From Spirochaetaceae bacterium (lineage in GTDB: Bacteria > Spirochaetota > Spirochaetia > DSM-27196 > PWMO01), in assembly GCA_046540795.1 (NCBI GenBank), contig JBKHEN010000001.1, positions 1 to 46,601 of the forward strand: a DNA stretch of 46,601 bases. The letters are read 5' to 3'. The notes below the pieces were generated by a model. It did not search any database. It saw nothing but the letters and a program-made list of their open reading frames with translations, and was not told the origin of the DNA. A program made the position numbers and the translations under genes. Below, piece after piece: positions 8,709-16,902 of this stretch (its first letter is position 1; every line of letters starts with the position of its first letter).

Positions 8709-8760
8709 GGCGCCGCTTCACAGCGTGCGGCGCCGTTTCACAGCGTGCGGCGCCGCTTGA
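8709..8760. repeat. 2.6 tandem copies of a 20-bp unit (ggcgccgyttcacagcgtgc)
   Basis: Units at 8709-8728 and 8729-8748, plus a partial copy at 8749-8760. The array spans the gap between convergent genes and runs into the last codons of the VOC gene. Confidence 0.75.
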
Positions 8761-9820
8761 GTCCCATCAGCTTCAGTAGCCACCGGGGTACGGTTTTACC
8801 CCGCTCACCCTTTCCCAGGCTCACGTTGATACCGAGGGCGGGCAGCACGGGAACCTTGTGGGTCTCCACGAACTCAACCAGCGTGCCGGCCGCATCCTCC
8901 ACATAAGCAAAACGACCCGCCGCCTTACCCATGTCGAAACTCCGTCCCGAGTCCACGGTGAACTCCACACCCGCCTCGCGGCAGGCCTCTTTCAAGGCGC
9001 CGAGCCCCTGCACCTCGAAACAAACGTGGATGAACCCGAGGTCTCCCCAGTATCGATTCCCGAAAACAGGCACCCCTCGCTCATCGAGGGCCTGCACCAG
9101 CTCGACGGCGGTCTTGCCGAGCAGAGGCGAGAACCCTCCCCGCCGCGGCTGCGTATGCTCGAGCAACACACGACGCACCCGCCAACTTCCTCCGGGGAGC
9201 CCCGTGAGGTCGGCAAAGCTGCCGGTCTCGTCATAGGTCATGCGATCGTACCCGAGGATGTCGCGATACAGCGGCAAGGTTGCCTCGATATCGGGCGTTC
9301 CGATCATAACACCGGCCACGCCGCCGACTCGGCCGGGGCGCCGAGCAAGCCATCTCTCTCCCTCAGGCGCCTCGATTATCTGAAACGCATTCCCCCGGGG
9401 GTCCCGGAGGAGAAAATGCTTCCGTCCCGCAGGATCCGTGACCGGTTGCGAAAGCAGTGCGGTTCCTGCCTCCCTCAACGCTCGGTATGCGGCATCTACG
9501 TCCGGGGCTTTCAATCGGACCAGAAGTATGCCGTAGTCGCCGAGATGCGGGGGCCGGGGCGGAGGTGTCGGCGTGCGACTGGTGTACTGCCAGACCTCGA
9601 AACCTCCTCCCCCGTTCATGTTGATCGCCAGGGCCGCGCGCCGACTCTGCACGGAACCTCCGGTATACCGGGTCATGAACGGCGCCTGCGCGGCATCATC
9701 GAACGCGGGAACGTCGAATCCGAGATGCTCGGCATACCATTTCCACGCGTCCGGCAGATCCGAGACCCCAATCCCCACCTGTTGTATACCTGTGATTCCG
9801 TAGCCTTGCTCCGACGACAT
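8738..9820 (-). CDS. VOC (glyoxalase/bleomycin-resistance/dioxygenase) family protein, multi-domain
   Basis: 360 aa. The pattern GIxxVGIGVSDLxxAxxWYxxxLGF recurs as later VOC-like modules (GVMIGTPDIEATLPLYRDILGY, IHVCFEV). Confidence 0.7.
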   Translation of the reverse strand: MSSEQGYGITGIQQVGIGVSDLPDAWKWYAEHLGFDVPAFDDAAQAPFMTRYTGGSVQSRRAALAINMNGGGGFEVWQYTSRTPTPPPRPPHLGDYGILLVRLKAPDVDAAYRALREAGTALLSQPVTDPAGRKHFLLRDPRGNAFQIIEAPEGERWLARRPGRVGGVAGVMIGTPDIEATLPLYRDILGYDRMTYDETGSFADLTGLPGGSWRVRRVLLEHTQPRRGGFSPLLGKTAVELVQALDERGVPVFGNRYWGDLGFIHVCFEVQGLGALKEACREAGVEFTVDSGRSFDMGKAAGRFAYVEDAAGTLVEFVETHKVPVLPALGINVSLGKGERGKTVPRWLLKLMGLKRRRTL

Positions 9821-9840
9821 GCGGCTATGCTACCAGACGG

Positions 9841-10404
9841 TCATATCGCAAGCAACAACCAATTTGCCCCCAGGACGGTCGCCATGAACACCGCCCCCAC
9901 GGAGGTGGTCACCGCCTCACTGTCGACGCGGGGAGGTTCCTGCGGCTTTCCCGGCGTGTAGAGAGAGTCGAGGATATCGTCGATGCTTGCAATCAGCCGC
10001 CGGGGCTCGAGCTTCCGGCGTTTGGTGTCCATGATACGCTCGAAATAGTAGAAAAGGCGTACCAGCAGGCCGCCGAGCCGTCCCGGCAGCCGCAGGTTCG
10101 GGCGTATCGTAAACAGCGAGATAAACACCAGGCCTATGATGGTGAAACCCTTCATGAGCCCGGTCTCCAACGCCCCCTCGGTTACGGCAAAGGGGCCGAT
10201 CGACAGCAGCAGCCGCCCCGAGGGACTGAGCAGATTGAAGAACGTTACCGAGCCGACCATGATCAGGAAGTACATCCACTTGATCTTCTTCCCTGCCACG
10301 GTGGCGAGAAAGGCAAACGCCAATACCTGGATTACCCGTATTATGAGGGAATCCTGAAACAGGTACGCCGGCAGCACCAGCATTCCGGTCAGAAAGAGGT
10401 GCAT
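9841..10404 (-). CDS. Hypothetical polytopic membrane protein (start uncertain)
   Basis: 4-5 predicted TM helices. I chose the ATG at 10404 (MHLFLTGML...) because the ORF-track start at 10509 would overlap the upstream gene by 80 nt. No clear SD, so the start is uncertain. Resemblance to an ECF T-component is weak, with no Ala-Arg-Gly motifs. Confidence 0.45.
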   Translation of the reverse strand: MHLFLTGMLVLPAYLFQDSLIIRVIQVLAFAFLATVAGKKIKWMYFLIMVGSVTFFNLLSPSGRLLLSIGPFAVTEGALETGLMKGFTIIGLVFISLFTIRPNLRLPGRLGGLLVRLFYYFERIMDTKRRKLEPRRLIASIDDILDSLYTPGKPQEPPRVDSEAVTTSVGAVFMATVLGANWLLLAI

Positions 10405-10429
10405 CGGCGCGGTGTGCCGGGCAAGGAAG

Positions 10430-10978
10430 CTATCCGTCGAGCGCTTCACGAACCCTCCTGATCCAGCGCGATTTCTCGTAGAACCGTTGCGCGAAGAATC
10501 CCACGGCAACGCCGCTCGTTACGCCCAGGGCCACAAAGGGCGGGGCGATGATCCAGGCCGATAGGCCGAAAATGAACCGCACGGACAGATAGATCTGAAC
10601 CACGTTGGACGCGATCGCACCAAAGACGCTGATCCCCACCAGGCTGATGCGCTTGCCGAACAACCGGTACGCGCCAAGCATAACCACCGCGCTGGCAAAG
10701 GAGCCACCGAGAGAGAACAGGAACACGTATGATGCGAGGGTACCGTTTATCAAACCCTGTCCGAGCACTTTCAGCAACACCAGCAGAAGCACATATCCCG
10801 GCGCGAAGAGCTTCAAGCTAATGATTACCGGCAAGTTGGCCAGACCGAGTCTGAAAAACGGAAAGGGCTTCGGAAACAGGTACTCGATGGTGGCGAAGAA
10901 CAGACACGTCGCCCCGAGGAACGCGATGAGGTCGAGCCGCTTCTGGGCCCGGCTGTCTTCTTCGGCAGCCATGTGCAT
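10430..10978 (-). CDS. Gx transporter family protein (heptaprenyl diphosphate synthase component I-like, PF07456-type)
   Basis: The ATG at 10978 overlaps the PP2C stop (TAATG). The sequence LIAFLGATCLFFATIEYLFPKPFPFFRLGLANLPVII..NGTL fits this family as I remember it. The upstream 114 aa of the ORF track are Arg-rich junk overlapping the PP2C gene. Confidence 0.65.
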   Translation of the reverse strand: MHMAAEEDSRAQKRLDLIAFLGATCLFFATIEYLFPKPFPFFRLGLANLPVIISLKLFAPGYVLLLVLLKVLGQGLINGTLASYVFLFSLGGSFASAVVMLGAYRLFGKRISLVGISVFGAIASNVVQIYLSVRFIFGLSAWIIAPPFVALGVTSGVAVGFFAQRFYEKSRWIRRVREALDG

Positions 10979-11736
10979 TATAAAACTCGTGCCAGGACAA
11001 AGGTGACGTTGTCGTTGCCCCCGGCGGCGAGCGCTTCTTCCAGCAGTCCGGCGCCCGCGGCGTCGAGCTCCTCGGTGTCGCGGAGAAGCGACTCCATCCG
11101 AGGCTCCGCAACCATATCGGTCAGGCCGTCGCTGCAGAGTACGAATACGTCTCCTGGGTCGCCTTCGGAGGTGAACGGTCTTACGTCGACGAAGAAGTCG
11201 TTCTGGGAACCGAAACAATTCACGAGGATGTTTCCCGGAATGCTCGCGTTGCCCGTGAACTCCCGCAGGGTGTGATCCCGCGTCACACGCCGGAGAACAC
11301 CGTTTCGCAACACATAACACCGGCTGTCGCCGGCATGGAGGAGAAAGAACTGTTGTTCGTACACGACGACCGCCGTCAGAGTCGTCGACATGCCTTCCCG
11401 GCGCGCATTACCAGTGCCATCCTTAACGAGTTCCCGATGTATCTCCTCGGAAAGCTCCGAGAGCCGGGTTGTCAGTGCCGATGCCGAAAGCCGCCCGTCC
11501 AGCGCCCCCACCCGATCGTTGAAGGTTTCGATCACGCTGCGACTTGCGACCTCTCCGGCGTTTTGCCCGCCGAGCCCGTCCGCTACCGCCAGCACGTAAG
11601 GCCCACTCAGAGAGGAAACCTCGTGGACCCCGTTGTACACGTCGTCGCGCACCCGGTGCGTGCCCACGAGGGCCATGTCCTCGTTGTGGCTGCGGTGGAG
11701 ACCTACGTTACTTGCGGCATAGACTTCCAGTCTCAT
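10978..11736 (-). CDS. PP2C-family Ser/Thr protein phosphatase
   Basis: Starts at the ATG at 11736 (MRLEVYAASNVG). Motifs SHNEDM, AVADGLGG, HAGDSRCY, LCSDGL and GGNDNVT. The ORF-track N-terminal 153 aa have no family signal and run across the divergent gene. Confidence 0.85.
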   Translation of the reverse strand: MRLEVYAASNVGLHRSHNEDMALVGTHRVRDDVYNGVHEVSSLSGPYVLAVADGLGGQNAGEVASRSVIETFNDRVGALDGRLSASALTTRLSELSEEIHRELVKDGTGNARREGMSTTLTAVVVYEQQFFLLHAGDSRCYVLRNGVLRRVTRDHTLREFTGNASIPGNILVNCFGSQNDFFVDVRPFTSEGDPGDVFVLCSDGLTDMVAEPRMESLLRDTEELDAAGAGLLEEALAAGGNDNVTFVLARVL

Positions 11737-11826
11737 GAGCCGAGCCAAGTATATGACGTATAAACGCCCCGGGCAAGCTCGACGCAAGTCTTGTGCGGCG
11801 CCGGGGTCGGCGTGTATTCTCGGGCT

Positions 11827-12093
11827 ATGATAGACGTAGAAAAGAAGAATGAAGACCACTACACCGTCACGGTCCGTGAAGGCGGCTCCGAAACGACTCA
11901 CCAGGTGGAGCTCGACGACGACTACTACCGCAAGATTTCCGACGGTTCCATTTCCAAGGCCGATCTTATCCGTCGTTCGTTTGAGTTTCTCCTGCAACGG
12001 GAACCCAAGGAGAGTATACTCGGGCGCTTTCACCTCTCGGTGATTGCCCGCTATTTCCCCGACTACGAATCCGAAATCCGCTCCAGGCAGTAG
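11827..12093 (+). CDS. Small conserved-looking hypothetical protein
   Basis: 88 aa from the ATG at 11827 (MIDVEKKNEDHYTVTV...FEFLLQREPKESIL..ARYFPDYE). The composition is coding-like. I cannot name a family. Confidence 0.45.
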   Translation: MIDVEKKNEDHYTVTVREGGSETTHQVELDDDYYRKISDGSISKADLIRRSFEFLLQREPKESILGRFHLSVIARYFPDYESEIRSRQ

Positions 12094-12095
12094 CG

Positions 12096-12153
12096 GACCT
12101 CGGCGCCGCCCCGCGCCGCCGCTTCGCTCCGCCCGACCTCGGCGCCGCCCCGC
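12096..12153. repeat. 19-bp direct repeat gacctcggcgccgccccgc, two copies 39 bp apart
   Basis: Identical copies at 12096-12114 and 12135-12153, between the small gene's stop and the 3' end of tRNA-Arg. Confidence 0.75.
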
Positions 12154-12219
12154 CCGGCACGTGTAGATCCGCTCAGTGCCCCGGAGCAGCGACACGCGGG
12201 GTAGGATGGGGCGGGATAC

Positions 12220-12293
12220 TGAACGCGGCGGGATTCGAACCCACGACCTTCGGCTCCGGAGGCCGACGCTCTATCCAACTGAGCTACGCGTCC
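12220..12293 (-). tRNA. tRNA-Arg (anticodon CCG)
   Basis: Hand-folded cloverleaf on the minus strand, 74 nt: GGACGCG-TA-GCTC-AGTTGGATA-GAGC-G-TCGGC-CTCCGGA-GCCGA-AGGTC-GTGGG-TTCGAAT-CCCGC-CGCGTTC-A. CCA is not encoded. Confidence 0.9.
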
Positions 12294-12304
12294 GCAGACG
12301 CTAA

Positions 12305-12332
12305 GCTATACAGCAGCCCCCGTGGGTGTCAA
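12305..12332 (-). promoter_or_regulatory. Candidate promoter for tRNA-Arg (TTGACA-N16-TATAGC on the minus strand)
   Basis: Plus-strand tgtcaa at 12327-12332 and gctata at 12305-12310. The -10 element ends 11 nt before the mature tRNA 5' end. Confidence 0.35.
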
Positions 12333-12393
12333 GACACTGGTCAGTCGCGGCTTCCGGAGGCTACACTGCATCCATACAACGCAGGAGGCGGGC

Positions 12394-12594
12394 ATGGCAA
12401 AGTTCATTCTGGGCATTGTTCTCGGTGTCGCGGCCATCATCTTCGTACTGCAGAACACCGAGATGGCGGCGGTCCAATTCCTTGGCTGGGAAGTGGAGAT
12501 GTCGCGGGCGTTGCTCATTCTTATCGCCCTCGTGGTAGGCGGATTCCTCGGCTGGGTACTGGCAACCTTCGGGAGACACCGTCGACGAAAGTAG
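12394..12594 (+). CDS. LapA/DUF1049-family small membrane protein
   Basis: 66 aa from the ATG at 12394, with AGGAGG upstream. Two TM helices (ILGIVLGVAAIIFVLQN, ALLILIALVVGGFLGWVL) and a basic tail, typical of this family. Confidence 0.6.
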   Translation: MAKFILGIVLGVAAIIFVLQNTEMAAVQFLGWEVEMSRALLILIALVVGGFLGWVLATFGRHRRRK

Positions 12595-12621
12595 CCGGAG
12601 CCGCGGCCTCCGGGGCGCGTG

Positions 12622-12649
12622 TTGACACCGGCGGTGCCGCCGCTACAAT
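12622..12649 (+). promoter_or_regulatory. Near-consensus sigma-70 promoter TTGACA-N16-TACAAT, with the next ATG only 7 nt downstream
   Basis: TTGACA at 12622-12627 and TACAAT at 12644-12649. The ATG of the next gene is at 12657 and there is no SD in between. Confidence 0.45.
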
Positions 12650-12656
12650 ACCGCGG

Positions 12657-12893
12657 ATGAAACTCGGCAAGCGAAACCTCGGCATTCTCACTCGCCTCAT
12701 GCTGCTTACCGCCCTGATCGGTACCTTCGCGTGGGCGTTGGCCGAGCACCTTGCCGGAGCGGTCGGGGCGGATGTGTCCCTTTCCGTTGGTCCGGTGGGC
12801 TTCGACGCCATGGTGCTTTCGGTGTACGTCTACGTGAATCCGGGTACCGTCCTCGGCGCGCTCGCGGCGGTACCGGTGTTCCGCTCGATATGA
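12657..12893 (+). CDS. DUF4321-like small membrane protein
   Basis: 78 aa, hydrophobic, immediately upstream of maf. Size, pattern and position fit what I recall for DUF4321. Confidence 0.55.
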   Translation: MKLGKRNLGILTRLMLLTALIGTFAWALAEHLAGAVGADVSLSVGPVGFDAMVLSVYVYVNPGTVLGALAAVPVFRSI

Positions 12894-12968
12894 CCTTTGG
12901 AGCCGGCTGTGGTCCCCACGGGTCGGCCGGCCCGGAACCAGGTTGGTCGATAAGGCCGGAGAAATGAT

Positions 12969-13574
12969 GTGAGCACGTCCGATCGGTCCGATTCCCTCGT
13001 TCTCGCCTCCTCCTCGCCACGGCGACACGAGATTCTTACCCGTCTCGGCTTGCCGTTTGAGACGGTGCATCCCCTTCCCGATGACGATCCCGCGGACCAT
13101 CGGCCGGCGGAGCAGTTCGCTCGCGAGCTCGCAGAGCGCAAGGCCCGTTCGGTAGCGGATCAACCCGCGTACCGACACCGCCTTGTGCTCGGCGCCGACA
13201 CGGTTGTTGCCGACGATAGGGGGATCCTGCTCAAGCCCGCCGACCGCCGGGACGCCCGGCGGATGCTCATCCGGCTTTCCGGAGCGACCCACCGCGTGGT
13301 AACCGCCCTGGCGCTCGTCGGGGGCTCGGGTCGCGCTCGGGTCGAAGCGACGTCTACCGCCGTAACCTTTGCCGCCCTCTCCGAGCTGGAAATCGAGTGG
13401 TATCTCGACACGGGGGAATGGCAAGGTGTAGCGGGAGCATACCGCATACAGGAACGAGGAGAGGCCCTCGTCGAGCGCGTCGCGGGTCCGTACTCCGCGG
13501 TCGTGGGCTTGCCAATCCGCCTTCTTTGTTCTATGTTGTGGCATACGGGCTACCCATGTTTTTCGCATAGGTAG
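12969..13574 (+). CDS. maf: Maf-family nucleoside triphosphate pyrophosphatase
   Basis: Motifs LVLASSSPRRHEIL, GADTVV and GAYRIQE. GTG start at 12969, the only in-frame start near the conserved N-terminus. Confidence 0.85.
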   Translation: MSTSDRSDSLVLASSSPRRHEILTRLGLPFETVHPLPDDDPADHRPAEQFARELAERKARSVADQPAYRHRLVLGADTVVADDRGILLKPADRRDARRMLIRLSGATHRVVTALALVGGSGRARVEATSTAVTFAALSELEIEWYLDTGEWQGVAGAYRIQERGEALVERVAGPYSAVVGLPIRLLCSMLWHTGYPCFSHR

Positions 13575-13628
13575 TTACACTCCGGCGTCCCGCCGCAAGG
13601 CGTGCACGCGCGAGAAAGAGAGACGGAT

Positions 13629-13659
13629 TGCGCCGTACGCAATCATTGCGTAGGGCGCA
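13629..13659 (+). promoter_or_regulatory. 31-nt near-perfect palindrome in the rpsB leader, directly upstream of the SD
   Basis: tgcgccgtacgcaat-c-attgcgtagggcgca has 15-nt arms with one mismatch. An alternative smaller hairpin is gattgcg-ccgta-cgcaatc. AGGAGGA at 13664-13670; GTG start at 13675. Confidence 0.4.
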
Positions 13660-13674
13660 CACGAGGAGGAAGAA

Positions 13675-14685
13675 GTGGCAGTAGTCACCATGAAGAACCT
13701 GCTTGAGTCGGGTGTACACTTCGGACACCAGACCAAGCGATGGGATCCTCGGATGAAGAAATACATCTTCGCCGAACGCAACGGGATCCACATCATCGAT
13801 CTACAGAAGACCATCGGCGCGATCAAGGAAGCCTACGAGGCGGTCCGCCGGACGGTCATCAACAACCAATCCGTACTGTTTGTCGGTACCAAGAAACAGG
13901 CGCAGCAAGCCATCGAGCGGGAAGCCACCAAATGTGGTATGTTCTATGTAAACAACCGGTGGCTCGGAGGTATGCTCACCAACTTTGCGACCATCCGGTA
14001 TTCGCTGGCACGCCTGAAAAAGATCGACAAGATGGAAGTCGACGGCACCTTCGAGGGACTGACCAAGAAGGAGGTCGCCCGACTGAACAAGGAACGAACC
14101 AGGCTGGAGAAGAATCTCGGCGGCATCAAAGAGATGAAAGAGCTGCCGGGCATCGTGTTCGTCATCGATACGCGCAAGGAAGCCATCGCCGTAGCGGAGG
14201 CACAGCGCGTTGGAATTCCGATCGTTGCCGTCGTCGACACCAACTCGAACCCCGAGGGCATCGACTACCCGATCCCCGGTAACGATGATGCAATTCGCGC
14301 CATCAACCTGTTCACGTCCATAATCTCTCAGGCCGTCATCGAGGCGGACAACGAGATCGGTCTCGAGGTCATCGAGAGCCTTCAGGAGGAAGAGGAGATC
14401 GGCGCCGAAGAGGGGCGCACGGAGGCCGAAGGCGAAGAAGCCGAAGCTGCGGAGCCCGAGGGAACCGGCACCGAGGAAGAAGAAGAGACCGTACCGCTCG
14501 CGGCCGTGGCAGGCTCCGATGAGGAAGAGTCCAAAGAGGACGCTACCTATACCGCCGAAGACTACTCCGATTACCAACCCGAGCAGGACGACGGCACCGA
14601 TGAGGATGCACGCACTCGGGAGGAGTATGTTGCCGAGCAGTCCGGCTACAACGAAGAAGATTTGTACGAACAGGACGAAGAGTAA
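13675..14685 (+). CDS. rpsB: 30S ribosomal protein S2 with a ~90-aa acidic C-terminal extension
   Basis: [32 protein letters not shown] is a classical S2 N-terminus. The tail from about aa 235 is rich in E/D/T/G. Confidence 0.95.
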   Translation: MAVVTMKNLLESGVHFGHQTKRWDPRMKKYIFAERNGIHIIDLQKTIGAIKEAYEAVRRTVINNQSVLFVGTKKQAQQAIEREATKCGMFYVNNRWLGGMLTNFATIRYSLARLKKIDKMEVDGTFEGLTKKEVARLNKERTRLEKNLGGIKEMKELPGIVFVIDTRKEAIAVAEAQRVGIPIVAVVDTNSNPEGIDYPIPGNDDAIRAINLFTSIISQAVIEADNEIGLEVIESLQEEEEIGAEEGRTEAEGEEAEAAEPEGTGTEEEEETVPLAAVAGSDEEESKEDATYTAEDYSDYQPEQDDGTDEDARTREEYVAEQSGYNEEDLYEQDEE

Positions 14686-14705
14686 ACTGCGAGGAGTGTT
14701 TCGAG

Positions 14706-15560
14706 GTGGAGATCACAGCAAAGGACGTTAAGAAACTGCGCGACAAGACGGGCGCCGGCATGATGGACTGCAAGAAGGCCCTGACCGAGGCCGGCGGCGA
14801 CTTTGCGGGCGCCGAGCGGATTCTCAAGGAAATGGGCCTTGCCGCCGCCCAGAAGCGCGCCGGCCGTGCAACCGACGAAGGAAGGGTATTCACCCGCGTC
14901 TCCGGCAAGCAGGCGGGTATTCTCGAGCTTTCCTGCGAGACGGACTTCGTCGCACGCAACAAGGACTTCATCGCACTGGGGGGCTCCATGCTGACTCGTA
15001 TGCTCGACGAAGGGCTCGACGAGAAATCCGAGGCCGTTCAGAGCATGTTGCAGGAGGCAATTGGAACCATTAAAGAGAATATGGGCGTCAGTCGATTTGC
15101 CCGCATGACCGCCGACGACGATGAGCTCATTGTCGACTACGTCCACGGGGACGGAGGCGGCATCGGTGTGCTCGCCAAGATCAAAACGGGCAGCCCCGAC
15201 CTGCTCGACGACGAAAAGGTCAAAGCTTTCGCGTTCGACATTGCTCTGCACGTGGCCGCGTTCAATCCGCCGTATCTGTCCGTCGACACCGTTCCGGAAC
15301 AGTACAAAGAGGAACAGCGAGCCATTTACAAGAAGCAGGCGGAATCCATGGGCAAGCCGGAGAAGGTAGTCGACGGCATCGTCCAAGGGAAGATGAAGAA
15401 GCACCTCGCCGAGATCGCGCTCGAGGAGCAGCCGTTCGTCAAGGACGACAAGCGCAGCGTCAAGCAGGTCGCCGAGGATATCGGCAAGGAGATCGGAACA
15501 ACCGTGCAAGTAGCCGACTTCATCTACTTCCGAGTTGGAGATGAATCCGGATCCGAATAG
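14706..15560 (+). CDS. tsf: Translation elongation factor Ts
   Basis: UBA-like N-terminus VKKLRDKTGAGMMDCKKALTEAGGD, followed by EF-Ts core motifs (ELSCETDFVARN). Confidence 0.95.
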   Translation: MEITAKDVKKLRDKTGAGMMDCKKALTEAGGDFAGAERILKEMGLAAAQKRAGRATDEGRVFTRVSGKQAGILELSCETDFVARNKDFIALGGSMLTRMLDEGLDEKSEAVQSMLQEAIGTIKENMGVSRFARMTADDDELIVDYVHGDGGGIGVLAKIKTGSPDLLDDEKVKAFAFDIALHVAAFNPPYLSVDTVPEQYKEEQRAIYKKQAESMGKPEKVVDGIVQGKMKKHLAEIALEEQPFVKDDKRSVKQVAEDIGKEIGTTVQVADFIYFRVGDESGSE

Positions 15561-15576
15561 ACTGGTTACAGTTATC

Positions 15577-15600
15577 GATGCCGTCCGCCGGGGCGGCATC
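15577..15600 (+). terminator. GC-rich hairpin between tsf and frr (possible attenuator or weak terminator)
   Basis: gatgccgtcc-gccg-gggcggcatc forms a 10-bp stem (one G-U pair) with a 4-nt loop. It is followed by ctgtt, so there is no real U-tract. Confidence 0.3.
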
Positions 15601-15619
15601 CTGTTAACAGGAGGACCCC

Positions 15620-16180
15620 ATGGACAGTAGCAAGGTTCAGAAGGACGCAGAAGAGCGCATGAAGAAGTCGGTGCAAGCGCTACATGACGAGTTCAGCACC
15701 CTGCGCACCGGTCGTGCCTCCTCGGGGATGTTTGAGAAGATCAAGGTGGACTACTACGGTAACCCCACCCCGCTTTCGCACATGGCAACCATCTCGGTAC
15801 CCGAGGCACGTCTGGTGGTCATACAGCCGTGGGACAAGTCCACCACTAATGAAATCGAGAAGGCGATCCAGAAGTCCGAGCTCTCGGTGAACCCGTCCAA
15901 CGACGGAAAAGTCATCCGCATCAACATCCCTCCCCTCACCGAGGAACGGCGCCAGGAATACGTAAAGATGGCCAAGAACATGGCTGAACAGGCGCGCGTG
16001 GCGATCCGCAATATCCGTCGCGATGCAAACGATGAACTGAAGAAGGCAAAGAAGGACGGCGACCTCTCGGAAGACGACGAGAAACGTCTCGAGGACACCA
16101 TCCAGAAGCTTACCGACACGTACGTTGGTCAGGTCGATGAAGCTCTTGAGACGAAGGAAAAGGAAATCCTGGAGCACTGA
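15620..16180 (+). CDS. frr: Ribosome recycling factor
   Basis: 186 aa with typical RRF sequence (LRTGRASSGMFEKIKVDYYG, IRNIRRDANDELKK). GGAGGA lies upstream. Confidence 0.95.
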   Translation: MDSSKVQKDAEERMKKSVQALHDEFSTLRTGRASSGMFEKIKVDYYGNPTPLSHMATISVPEARLVVIQPWDKSTTNEIEKAIQKSELSVNPSNDGKVIRINIPPLTEERRQEYVKMAKNMAEQARVAIRNIRRDANDELKKAKKDGDLSEDDEKRLEDTIQKLTDTYVGQVDEALETKEKEILEH

Positions 16181-16902
16181 TGGAGCACGTCCGTCGGATC
16201 CACAGCGAGCATCTTCCCGGGCACGTCGGCATCATCATGGACGGCAACGGCCGCTGGGCCCGGGCCCGTGGCCTCAAACGTACGGAGGGCCATAACGAGG
16301 GCCTGAAGGCCGCCAAACGCGTCGTACGGCGGGCAAGTGAGATCGGCCTGCCCTGTGTCTCCCTCTATACGTTCTCCACGGAGAACTGGAGACGAACTCC
16401 TGAGGAAGTCAAGTTTCTCATGAGTCTCGTGGGGACGAACCTACGCAAGGAGTACCCGTTCTACCAGGAGAACAATATCCGAGTGCTGCATTCCGGAGAT
16501 CTCGCCGGTTTGCCGGAGACCGTGCAAAGGGAGCTGACGGCGGTGGAGGCGGACACGGCGGATTTCACGGGCACCACGGTCAATCTGGCGATCAACTACG
16601 GCGGCCGGGACGAGATTCTCCGTGCCATAGGCCGGTTTTCGACTTCTGAGGACTTCGTCCCGGGAACAAAACCGTCGGTGGAGCTCTTTGCGCGCTATCT
16701 CGATCGCCCGGAGTTTCCCGACGTAGATCTCGTTATTCGCACCGGCGGAGAGCGACGGATAAGCAACTTCCTGCTCTGGGAAATCGCGTATGCGGAGCTA
16801 TGGTTCAGCGACAAGCTCTGGCCCGACTGGGACGGAACGGACCTCGAGGAAGCCGTAGGCGACTTTGCTTCCCGTAAGCGGAGCTTCGGCGGGGTCAGAT
16901 GA
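16180..16902 (+). CDS. uppS: Isoprenyl transferase / undecaprenyl diphosphate synthase
   Basis: Motifs HVGIIMDGNGRWA, FSTENWRR and RTGGERRISNFLLWE. The start overlaps the frr stop (TGATG). Confidence 0.9.
   Translation: MEHVRRIHSEHLPGHVGIIMDGNGRWARARGLKRTEGHNEGLKAAKRVVRRASEIGLPCVSLYTFSTENWRRTPEEVKFLMSLVGTNLRKEYPFYQENNIRVLHSGDLAGLPETVQRELTAVEADTADFTGTTVNLAINYGGRDEILRAIGRFSTSEDFVPGTKPSVELFARYLDRPEFPDVDLVIRTGGERRISNFLLWEIAYAELWFSDKLWPDWDGTDLEEAVGDFASRKRSFGGVR

Noticed and set aside
710-12153. Short tandem or direct repeats (710-784, 8709-8760, 12096-12153) considered as possible CRISPR arrays or mobile-element ends.
   Set aside because: The units are 15-20 bp and either directly abut or have a single 20-nt gap. 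There are no unique spacers of CRISPR length, no cas genes, no transposase or integrase, and no target-site-duplication pattern.
10978-12195. N-terminal extensions offered by the ORF track for several genes: PP2C to 12195, Gx protein to 11320, L9 to 23836, S6 to 26090, the activator from 27819, amt from 30131, the hypothetical to 44853, and PrsW from 45695.
   Set aside because: The extensions overlap neighbouring well-supported genes and are compositionally junk-like. Internal ATG or GTG codons coincide with the conserved family N-termini, usually with a GGAGG-type SD or a start/stop overlap.
12220-12293. tRNA-Arg (and the tRNA-Met at the window end) as possible integration hot spots for a genomic island.
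   Set aside because: The flanking genes are ordinary (small membrane proteins, maf, PP2C operon). I saw no integrase, no repeat of the tRNA 3' end, and no compositional break by eye.
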